From: Lama glama
Taxonomy: Eukaryota
NCBI GenBank assembly: GCA_028534125.1
Contig: CM052817.1
Span: 105,030,001 to 105,094,000 of the forward strand
Reading direction: 5' to 3'
Length of the DNA: 64,000 bases
This document shows, one piece after another, positions 30,976 through 42,300 of the stretch; the stretch's first letter is position 1; each line of letters opens with the position of its first letter. A program made the translations under genes and the position numbers. The notes below the pieces were generated by a model. That model saw nothing but the letters and a program-made list of their open reading frames with translations, had not been told where the DNA came from and did no database searches.

Positions 30976-30994
30976 TGCTGCCACCTGGCGGTCT
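30976..30994 (-). promoter_or_regulatory. CTCF-like motif
   Basis: Minus strand AGACCGCCAGGTGGCAGCA fits the CCRSYAGRKGGCRS core; lies in unique sequence and overlaps E-box CACGTG (30972-30977). Confidence 0.65.
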
Positions 30995-31631
30995 CACAGA
31001 TCACCACACCCAGCAGGAGCATGTGCTTCCTTAACTCCCTGCTGTTCCTGACCCGAAATTCTTAATTTTGAACATGGGGTCATGCACGTTTATTCTGAAC
31101 TGCATCTTGCCAATTATGAAGACAGTCCTGGATACAGAATTTTTAAATTGTCTCATTACTCTGTATTTCATAAGAAAACTCAGCTACCTCCTTCATATGT
31201 TCCCCACCAGCCAAAAACGTCATACCATTCCAAAACAAAACTTTTACAGACACTGTGTCTTACTCACGTATACACCACAAAAACAAGTTGTGGTTTCCCC
31301 CATAAGAAAATTACATAGAATATTCTTTTTTTTTTCCTATGTACTGGTCTTTTTTTTACCCTATATTTCTCCCTTTTTTAATTAAAATAATTTTAGAAAT
31401 ATTCTTTAAGTTCAAAAAAATAATATACTGGTAGTTCTCACACTGCATCATTCTGATATGCACAGATTTTAGTTACTGTGGTTTAGTTAAATACGATCAG
31501 GTCCCCAGTAGTGCTGTTCAAATTTTGGCCACTGTGGTCTATTCACTGGGAAAAGTTACATAAATCACAAACCTCAATGTTAGCATTTCAGTTCACATAT
31601 TCCAAAGTAAATACCTGATGTGCAAAGCAGG

Positions 31632-32014
31632 CTCAAGATGGTGTGGGAGGAAGGCGCTGAACTCTCCTCCCTTCATGAAGGCACCACGACCACATACAGA
31701 AAGACTCTCTCTGAAAATGACCTGAAGACTAGCAGAAATGCTCTTCCACAACCCAGGCTGTAAAGAGAAAAATGCACTGAGACAAGTAGGAAGGAAGAAA
31801 AGCGATCTAGTTAGGACTCACGTGTCCTCGCCGGTGGGCGAGCCAGAGCAGGAGGGGATACCACAAGCTCAGAGATTCTCCCTAAGGGGCGAGAGGTTCA
31901 AGTCCTGCCTTGGGCACCCCTGCCCTGGGGACCAGTGCCAGAAGACGAGCCCCCTTTGCTGGTTTGAAAACCAGTGGAGCTTACAGGAGGCCTGTGGGAA
32001 ACAGACTCTTCTCT
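31632..32014 (+). mobile_element. Isolated L1 5'UTR fragment
   Basis: CAAGATGG start; aligns with the reverse complement of about 27200-27602, sharing ACCTGAAGACTAGCAGAA. Confidence 0.8.
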
Positions 32015-32482
32015 TAATGAGCAAAGTCAAGCAAGACAAAATAACAGTTTATCCATTAAAAAAAAAATCAAGGACCTTTATTTCCTCTTCGAGGGCTGTA
32101 GGTAATATTCTGAGCCACATCCTACAGCTGTTTTGCAGAGACAACAACTTCCACCAGGTGGAAGATGTTAACTGCATGATGACTATGAGCACGGAGCTCC
32201 CAGACCATTTGGAACCAGAAGGTTGATGGTTGATATTCCTGAAACATCACCCTGTTACACAGAGAATCCATCATCAGCTGATCATGCACCCCGTGACCCT
32301 CTCCCTCACACTGTCTTAAAAGCCCTTCCCCAAAATCCATCAGGAAGTTTGAGTCCTTTGAGCATAAGCTGCCTTTCTCCTTACCTGGATTTGCAATAAA
32401 TGCTCTGTTTCACAATTCGGTGTTCAATAGATTGGCTTTGCTGTGCATCTGGTGAACAAATTCAAGTTTGGTTTGGTAATAA
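32015..32482 (+). mobile_element. 5'-truncated ERV1-type LTR
   Basis: AATAAA at 32395-32400, ends TTTGGTAATA; internal GGAAGATGTTAACT..TGATGAC segment homologous to the reverse complement of 16298-16529. Confidence 0.72.
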
Positions 32483-34129
32483 CTTGAAAACTGAATAAAC
32501 CAAAGAGCACAGAAGAGGAGGACAAAGATAAACAAGTTGAGAAATTGACCCTGGAAGTAGCAGATGTCCTTCAGGAATTTAGATTATGTTTCATGAGGAG
32601 AGGGGCCATTTCAATTTGTACGAACATATCCTGAGGTCCTAGAGGGGTGTCTGGACAATTGTGGTCACTAAATAGATAATTGCTTAATCAATAAAGACAG
32701 TAGAATAGGAAAGTAAGTTACATATTTTATCAGAGAAATTTGAATGATAACTCAGGCCAAAATGATCAAAAACAGAACAGTTAGAGAACAAGGAAGAAAC
32801 TGAGGCCATTCTAAAAAGCATGAATGATAAGACCATCAGTGAAGCGGCATGTGTAGCATCACAGGAGGGAGACAAAACATCAACAAAAGAATAAGAAAGA
32901 GAATGAAGCAAAAAGGGAAGATGAATCCAGAAAGTGTAATGATTTTCCACTAAAAGTTCCGAAAAATAGCAACAGAGAAAATGGAATGGGAAAAATAAAG
33001 GAACAGTGCTGTCAGCTTTCTCAGAGCTAAGGAAAAATATCCACGGTTGGTGAAGGGCTCCCCGGGTGACGAACTAGATGAAAAATCACAACCACTGGTG
33101 GGCTTGTGAGTTTCAAGTCACTCACAGAAGCCTCAGACAACTTCTACAGGAAGAAAGCACATTTAAACATCACTGACAGAGGAATGCGGCCCCCACGGAA
33201 GAGGTCTCTGACTTGTCATTACAGCATAGCAAGGCAGAGGACAATAAACCAATGTTTGTCATTCAGTCTCATCTTCTTTGCCTCATACAGATCATCCGTG
33301 AAAGCAGAAATACCATTCACTTGCCCAGTTGATAAGTAATGACACGCCAGATACCAGGTTGCAAATATGCGTGTGGGTTCTGATCTGGGCTATTTGCTGT
33401 GTCTCATTGATTCATCTTTTCTCCCGGTACAAACAACTCTGCGGGAATTCCCCACAGTGTCTCAGTTATAATGCTCATGTTTTGATATTTGATTTAGCAA
33501 TTTTGTGCCTTGTTCTTCTTTACAATTCCCTTGGCTCTTTTATGCAACTAGTTTTTTTTCCATAAGTATTTTATAATCTGAGTCTATGAAAAACCTTTAG
33601 TAATTTTATTTTAAATGAATTTAAATTGTAAAATATTTTGAAACAAGTAGTGATATTTCAGGGATGGTATTTGTGTATGATTATGATATAGGTTTCCATT
33701 GAATTCGATTTCTTTTAAAACATTCTTTAATGTTGTGTGACTTTGTTATAGAAAATATTTCACAGCTTTCTCAGATACTACATTTTAAAATTCTTTGTAA
33801 AAATTCCAGACCCTCTTTTTTTGCTGGTTTATTGAAAGATAATAGATTTGCATATATTGATCTCAAATTAGAAAACTTGCTGGACTCTTCTTAATTGTAA
33901 TAATTTGTTTGCATTTTCCAGTTTTATAATCATAAAACCATGTATAATTAGTTTTTTTATTTTTAAATATCTGTAACTTGTTTCTTTTCCTTTTATGTAT
34001 TTAAAATTCTTTACCTTTTTTTGACTAACAAACTATTACTTGCAATTATTCATAAAAAGTTTTTTTAAATAATTTGCTTTGTATTAACTTGAGATGTCTT
34101 TAATTTACATGAATAGATTTGATTGGTTC

Positions 34130-34862
34130 CTGCCTGTGCTTGTTACCAACTTACTGTCTCTCAGCTCCAATTCTCCCTCCATTATAGGCTTTGTGAAAAT
34201 GGACTTGACTCAGCGTTTCTGCTACTCAGTGAGCCTGATGCTGTGCTTTGTACAGTAGAGGGCGCCAAAGGGACATTGCAGGTGAAACAGTTTCTTACTT
34301 GAATTCCTGTTTTGGTTTTTCTTGGTCCTGCTGCCCAGTCCATCAGCAGTGCTCCTATGGGACATCCAGGGGTGTTCTGCGTCCAGGCACTTGGAGATGT
34401 TACATCTCTGCTAGTTACAATGACTGTCTTGCCAATTATACCTCCAGTTACAATTACTCGCCAGTTACAATGATCACTTCCAACACAAATATCTTGCACT
34501 CCAGGACTCTCACTGCAGTGCTCTGATACTCTGTTCCTGCACACGAGTCTTGACTCACCTACACTCCAGGGACTGTTTCCTTGTAGCGTGGTGACTGTGA
34601 ACCCACTCTAGCCCCAGAAATCTTATCAGCCATCTCCTGGGCTACATCTATATCTTCTCCAGCAAGGTCAGAATCCCATCCTGATGGAGCTCTCTTCTGC
34701 AATTTGTCCTTCCTCGTGTGTTCTGCTTTAGTCCTAGGAGACTTTATAATATCCATCCTTACAGTTACTCTCCTATTCTATAGATGAATAATTATTTATA
34801 GTAAACTTTCCCTGTTTAAACATCTAAGTGGCACTATATCTTGATTGAATCCAGACTTATAA
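34130..34862 (+). mobile_element. ERVL LTR, LTR41/LTR33-like
   Basis: CTCTCAGCTCCAA start region, CAGTAGAGGGCGC..GGGACA core and TAAACTTTCCCTGTT 3' region recalled from this family. Confidence 0.65.
34250..34267 (+). promoter_or_regulatory. CTCF-like motif carried by LTR41-like element
   Basis: GTACAGTAGAGGGCGCCA; one mismatch at the first core C; CpG retained. Confidence 0.5.
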
Positions 34863-36770
34863 CTCCCATTTTTCTTTTCGAGAATGAGGTTTGCAAGATT
34901 TTATTCAATAATGTAAAGCCCACCAACTTTAAATCATCAATCTGCCAACAAATGTGCATTTAACTGTTGTTCATGGTGTTTCTTTCATAGTAGGTAAATT
35001 CCTCCAAAGATTGAGCCTTTTAAAAGCCACAGATGTTCCTATAAATTGGCAGAAAGTTACACTAACATTAGCAATGAAAGTATTTATTGTAGATGATACA
35101 TAAACGAAAAGGATATACTAATGATTGTCGTGACATTTTCCGGGAATAAAATACCATAGCTGCACTAAAAATGGTCATATCCCCTTTTCATCTTCTCTGT
35201 TCTCTTTCCTATAAGGAAATCAGACTTTTCAATGACAAACTCAGAACCAAGGCTAATTGTTTGGGGTGGCCAGTACACTATCTCAAGGGTATCTTCTAGT
35301 ACCCTAAGAAGATGTCTCACTGCAAGGATCTGAACGATTATCTCCCATCCTAGGGATACAAATAACAGTCAGTGGAACAAACATCTAATGATATTAAGTC
35401 CATTAGTGAGAGTGGAGAACTCAAAGTGGTCATCTAGAACTCGTCCATCACTTTGGCTGACGTAGCAAACAATGCAGCCCAGGTTCTAGGGCATCACAAA
35501 TCATTTGGACTTCTTAATGTAAGTAGCTGTGAACAACAGATTCGTCTTGGTTTGTCCTTCTGTTGTCCAAAGGAGAGCCTACCACCATGCATAATTCACA
35601 TAAAGGAGTAATGTGAAATAATCTATATGTAAGAGGAATGGAAGCCTGGATATATAAGACAGGACATCTATGGTACTTGCCTTTTCTGTCAGACAAAGAA
35701 AATTTGGGGTCATTGTTCAATAATCTTTTACTCTTTTCTTATAATTGTAGTTATGCTTGTTTGCCTTAGAGTTCTTTCATGTTTGTTGTCCAGAATCTTA
35801 AATGCTTCTGGATAAACATTTTCTCAACAGATGACTCAAAAAAGTGACTTACAGACCAAACCAAGGTGAAATCATGCTGACCGATGCTGAAACTGAAAAA
35901 TATTTATTGGCAAATGAAGCCTCACTTCAACAGCCATGGTTAAGAAATGGACAATCCTTGACGGTGTCTCCTGCAGCTTTGGCTGGGTGAAAATTGAAAG
36001 GGGAAACAATAAAATTTTACAGCAGTCCTAAGAAAAAACTAATTATTCTGTAACTATTTATCAAGTAGTCACCCAAATTGGATTTTAATCTGATCAATTG
36101 ATTAATGACTTTTTTTTTTTACAAGTACATCCATCAGTGACAGCATTTTACTTCAGTCAAATAATTAGAAACGGACTCACTTCCATAACACCCCTCCAAG
36201 GGCCAACCAATTAACAATTTAATCAGAGTAACCATATTCTGACAGCTAATGTCACCTTACGTACTCTTTGGAAAGATCATCAATCTCTGACCTCCATGCT
36301 TCCAAAAGTTCCTACCTGAGGCAGCAGTTTGTCCTGCGTAGAGAGACCATGCCTGGTCAGCATAGTTCTCTTGGTGGTGATTTCATCGTTTGACAGTTTC
36401 ATTTTTCCCAATGCAGAATGAGTGGTAACATTCTGGTATTAAGGGATTCTTTTTCGACATTAGAGCACTCTTCCTCTAAAACCAAGATTTTGTTTTGTTT
36501 TGTCTTTTTAAATTTTCAATTCAAGATTAGGTGGAAATCAAACTCAAACATTTTGAGAGAATTTATATCATGGTTGTTTCTTCCTTAAACATATCTTGTA
36601 ACTTGGATACAATCAAGATACTTTATTCCACAGATGCTTATCATGTAACAACTTCTCATGACACTACTCAGCTCAGGGCTTTATTCACTAAGAAAAAGTG
36701 ATTGGAAAACAGAATTAAAGAGTGACTTGAGAGTGACCTTTGTTTTTCCTCCCAACATTCAAAGGAATTT

Positions 36771-37270
36771 NNNNNNNNNNNNNNNNNNNNNNNNNNNNNN
36801 NNNNNNNNNNNNNNNNNNNNNNNNNNNNNNNNNNNNNNNNNNNNNNNNNNNNNNNNNNNNNNNNNNNNNNNNNNNNNNNNNNNNNNNNNNNNNNNNNNNN
36901 NNNNNNNNNNNNNNNNNNNNNNNNNNNNNNNNNNNNNNNNNNNNNNNNNNNNNNNNNNNNNNNNNNNNNNNNNNNNNNNNNNNNNNNNNNNNNNNNNNNN
37001 NNNNNNNNNNNNNNNNNNNNNNNNNNNNNNNNNNNNNNNNNNNNNNNNNNNNNNNNNNNNNNNNNNNNNNNNNNNNNNNNNNNNNNNNNNNNNNNNNNNN
37101 NNNNNNNNNNNNNNNNNNNNNNNNNNNNNNNNNNNNNNNNNNNNNNNNNNNNNNNNNNNNNNNNNNNNNNNNNNNNNNNNNNNNNNNNNNNNNNNNNNNN
37201 NNNNNNNNNNNNNNNNNNNNNNNNNNNNNNNNNNNNNNNNNNNNNNNNNNNNNNNNNNNNNNNNNNNNNN
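36771..37270. other. Assembly gap (500 N)
   Basis: Exactly 500 N characters. Confidence 1.
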
Positions 37271-39177
37271 CTATTACAATACAGTTTTATTCTACTGCAT
37301 AATGGTCACTAACTACATGTTCTACCTAAAGACTTTGTATAAAATGGATACATTTAAATTCTTTAATATATATTAAATATAGTTTGTGTTTCTTACGGAA
37401 TCTAGAACTTTCTAAACTAAGGCTACCTACTGTGATTAAACTTTTCTTGCAGCCCACAGTGGTAAATGACGAGGAGAGTGGGGGGGGTGGGGGTGGGGGC
37501 AAAAAACACGGGATATGTTTATTTTTAATCCCAGAAATTTAATTTTAAGGTATATTACCAAGTTCATGGATTTAAAACTTTGATTATTTTCTCCCAAGCT
37601 GTGCAGAGAGTAGTTGGCAAGTTACTCATGGCTTTTGGCTGCGTGGTAACAGATAGGCAAGAACCTAATTCACTGACCTATATAAGGGGTTCTTTTCTTA
37701 GGGAAAGAGTAACAACAGGGGAAAACAGCTCAGGGACGGTACAGCCATCCTTCTCTGCCATTCTTAGCATACGATTGTTTCTCCTCACGGTTGTAATCTG
37801 CCTGATCCCCTTCTGGTCATCCCATCTGTCCTCCAGGCAGGTAGCCAGAAAGAGGGCACATGAGGAGGACAGAGGATACCGAGAGAAGTCAGCCAAACTG
37901 CCCCCCCTTTAAACAGCTTGTCCAGATCCTCCCTATCCAGTACGGGACTGCCTGTCATGGCCACTCCCCGCACATGAAAAGTACGGCCAGGGAGGAAACC
38001 CTTAAGGAATTTACCAATTAGTATTATTTAGTTTAGAATGGAAGGAGGTTTTTGGTAAATTAATAACAGAAATGATGATCCTAAAATGTTCAGTACCTAG
38101 CTCTCTAGAACCTTTAAAAACCAAACATTTTAACTGGGTATGTTTCTGCTCTGTAAATATCACCATTCTTATCATAAAGAAAAAGAAAGAATAGATTTTT
38201 GGAAGGCTAACAGCACTGTCTGTGAAACTCTTCTATTTTTGTGATGACCCCAAAGCATAGCTGTTAGTTCAGTATTATTAACACTCTAGTTCCAGTGTAA
38301 AAAATATTAAACACTATTAAAAATCCCAAATTCCATTTCCAAATCCCCGTTCTGATAAGTGTGGCTTTTAAAATATGTATAGTCTATAATCTAATGCTAA
38401 ATCTTTGTCCATATATTTTCTTTTCAGATAGAGGGGGACATGTTTTTAACATGAAGAGAATAAACATTTCTGAAGTGAAACAGTTACGCATGAAGGGCAC
38501 CATCCCAGTGCGGGCCTCATCACCTACTGTCACTAGAGGCAGGAACCACACTGACAGGTGCACTGGCTGTTAGAGCTTTTCCCCAGAAATCAGACCCTTC
38601 CCTGCTGCACACATTTTATTGTCTTAGACAAGTCACAAAGTCATGCAAAGCATCAAAGAAGATACAAAAACTGATGTGGCCCTACCATAAAACACTAACA
38701 CATGTGCCTGCCTTTTTTAAGCCACTATACTAGGAACCCCAAGAGTGTCTATGAACAAACTTTGTTACAAAGTTGGAAAGTGAAGAGTGCTATCCAAGGG
38801 TTACAGAAAAAAGGTTATGAAGCAATTAGAAAGTGCTTCACTAATAATCCTGCAATAAAGACTTGCTGTACAAAACAAACATGAATTCACCAATGGAGTC
38901 TAAGCATTTCTGGGCACGTAGAAGTAAAGCTCTTGGTACAAGGATGGACTAAGAGGCCTCATGAAGAATGCTTTATTCATTTGTTTGCCAATATTATTTT
39001 TTTTGGTTTTTTATTTTATTTTGCTTTTTAGGATTTATATTTTTTAATTTTTTTAGGATTAGTATATTTGGTGTTGGATTGGCTTTGCGGGTCTAGTCAA
39101 AGGAAGAGAGAAGCAAGACCCCTAGTTCCATGGAAATTGTAGTCAAGTGGGGCTATAGTGTGACAACATACTGCCGA

Positions 39178-39355
39178 GGGGATGAAGATGAAGAGGAAGA
39201 AGAGGAGGAAAATGAAGATGAAGTAGAAGAGGAAGAGGAAAAGGAAGATGAAGATAAAGAAGAAGATGAAGGAGAAGAGGAAGAAGATGAAGAGGAAGAT
39301 GAAGAAGATGAAAAGGAAGATGAAGATGAAGAGGAAGGTAAAGACATAGATGAAG
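39178..39355 (+). repeat. Purine-rich degenerate (GAA/GAG/GAT)n trinucleotide tract
   Basis: About 59 triplets in unbroken phase, reading as poly-Glu/Asp. Confidence 0.95.
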
Positions 39356-42300
39356 GTCCACTATAGTTTTATAGTGAAAACAAAAGACAAATCCAGATCA
39401 CTTCTGACCAGGGACAGGGATTCCTCAGCGAGAAGAATCTCAAAGTCCATATCACGACTCTCTATGCCTCATTTATGTTTTAGTCCATGTGTACGCTAAG
39501 ACGTGCAGCAATATCTACATGGTCTCATTGCCTTGGACTTCAAAGGAAATTCTCAATTTGTTGTGACATCAAGGCTGGGATTAAAGTGCCCTGGAGAGAG
39601 TTATTTATAATGGTCTAGGGAATTATTCATGCTTATTATGACCATAGAGGGCAGAATTATGGAAGAAAACACTCATCCAATGTTGATTTTAAACTTTTAC
39701 ATGTGGATCTGTGTTACATATTTCATGGGCACACATCGACATGTGTGTGAGGACATTAGGGCTGGTGAAGAAACATTTAAATAATTTGTAAAGGGGTTTT
39801 AATTGGTTCAGAAAAGAAAATGGTTTTGAATAAATGATTAACAGGAACAATAACTTAAAAGTTTTAAGGAACTACTTGTCCTTCACCTACATTTTAGAAG
39901 GCAAATATGATATGGCCTTAACATGAAACCATAAAGATTTAAGTGTATCCTATGTCAGAAATACTATCAGAGCATGGGACACACCACTGGAGAACAAGCT
40001 GCAATTGGCAATGACAAGACTGTGCAAAATAAATGTATTGAACAAATTAGGTATTGGCTTGATATGCCATGTCCAGAGGGTAGATATATATATATATATA
40101 TACATGAACTTAAGAAAGGAAGGCTGGTGGAAAACATTTGGATTAAGACTGAAATAAGAAAAAAGAGAGAGAGAACATCAAAAAATGTTGGCATTTAAAT
40201 ATAGCAGACACTAACGAGAAACACAAAGTCATTTGATGATTTTCCATTGCCCATTAAACCATTTCAGAAGTAGGTTATGACTCATAGATAGTAGACAGTC
40301 TCACATTTACACATTTCTTGATTTGTATAAACTTCTATCAGGAAGAGGATCAAAAGTGAAGAAAACTAAGTGAGGACAGGAGAAATGAAAGGATGCTTAG
40401 AAATTTAGAACATCCTTCTAAGTTGTCATATTAACAATCATAAAAAAAAAAGAATACTAAACATTTTAAACCATATACCCAAGATTTAAGATTTAAGAAA
40501 GTTCATCAGGGTGAAGTGGGCATTACTCATTATAATCATTAACTAAGTAACTTTCAGTAAAAATTATGAGGCAGATTTCATTTCGTTAGAAGTCAGAATT
40601 TTCAGCTGCTATAATTTTCCAGATTTAAACTGGTTCCTGATGTGTTTTTGAAACAATTGTGGGAACTGGGCTAGATGACCTCAAAGATTATTTTTATAAC
40701 TGTACATTTTTAAGCAATAATATATGTCTTATGCCATACGTTATTTAATAAATTAAGATAAGATTTACAAAGGACAGAAAAATATAATAATTGCTGGCAA
40801 AGCTTTTTTTTCAAATCTGTTATGAGCTACTACTGATTTTACACAATTAAATAATATTTTAAAAATTAAAGACAATGTTTTCAAAATTCCCACTGTTCTT
40901 TCATAAAACACATCTCAATTCTTGTAATTTCTCCTCTGCTGTTGCTACCAGGTTCTCACCATCTTTCATTTATCAATTGCACTTGACATAATCCAATTGA
41001 CTTCCATAGTTTAGCCAGTTTACATTATGACTCCAGAATGTAGTCAAAATCATATCACTACCTGGATTGAAAACTGTCGATAGCCTCCCAGTGGATTTGT
41101 ATATTTTACAAGCATTTGTACAAAATCCTAAGTGGTGTGTCCCTGACTGGCTTCTGGTATTTCTCTTTTGCTTGCTCTAGCCAAGTCACACTGGCCTGCT
41201 TCAGTTTCCTACGTGAAACCAGTCCTTTCCTGTGGTCCAGACCCTCCCCTCTACCTCTAAAACCACTCTCCACCCCTTGTTATCTGACAAATCTTTGTCT
41301 TACAAATATCCCAAAGAGGTACTTGTGAAATCCAATCTAAGGTATCTGCTTCTCATATTTTCCCTCAAAAATCTGTTTTTCTTTTGGAAATATTTTACAT
41401 TGTAAAGTTATACGTTTATATATTATTATTTGTTCAATTAAGTAATCCATACGATAAGGATTTGGTTTAACAAGAACAGTGCTTCTATTTAATAAATTTT
41501 TCAAGTGATGATAGAACAGGGGTTTTGGCTCTGAAAGCACAAAATAGTTTTTATAAAAATGAGTAATTATAAACTATGGACAACATTTCAACGAGCACAA
41601 TTTGAAGACAGTGGAGGATGATCAAACTGGGGTGAATTTACCTTCTGATGAAAGGTTCCGCACTGTGAGGATTCCGCCGGTGTCCACAGCAAATAGAACT
41701 TGAACAGAAAGCCTCAGCTGCCCTGGAGATGGGGTCGGAGTTGAAGTTTGGGACTGACGCTGTATATGGAAATTGAGAGGGATCTGAAAAGGAGGGAGAA
41801 ACAGGACAGTAACCAACAATGATGCATAAACGCACCTTAAACCTGAGTTGAGCACTGTCAGCAAGAGACTTCCAGGAGCCCAGTAAGGAGCCTCAGAGAG
41901 GATGCTGAAAGGTAAGAGCCGACTTTTCAGCTGCTGCACAAGGCAAAGGACACCCTGTTCTAATCTGAATGCCATTTGATGGCATTGTTACAGAAGTTGG
42001 GCTTTGTAGCGACAAGGACTAAGGCGTTCACCCTGGGATTAAAGAGGCAAATGAAATAGACTCATCACGACAAAGTCCGCATGTTCAAGATCATCCATTG
42101 CAATTTAGATATTTGCTAGAATAAAACTCAACACCTGTATAAAAAGGTAACAGAAATTGTCTTTGCAATACATCTTCCACAATGTGTAGATTTGTATTTA
42201 TAATAAGTCCCCCAAAAGGTTTGATAACAGTACAGTAAAAATCAGGACTTCACTTTCCGAGTGAGTACGATTATTAACTAGAAATGGATATAAGAGAACT

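Noticed and set aside
31738..32226. 162-aa ORF
   Set aside because: Spans an L1 5'UTR/LTR junction; no domain recognised.
36658..37312. 214-aa and 190-aa ORFs
   Set aside because: Artefacts of translating the N gap.
37677..37687. CArG box
   Set aside because: CC-TATATAA-GG has seven A/T bases, not six.
39143..39361. Poly-Ser and Leu/His/Pro minus-strand ORFs
   Set aside because: Reverse-complement readings of the (GAN)n tract.
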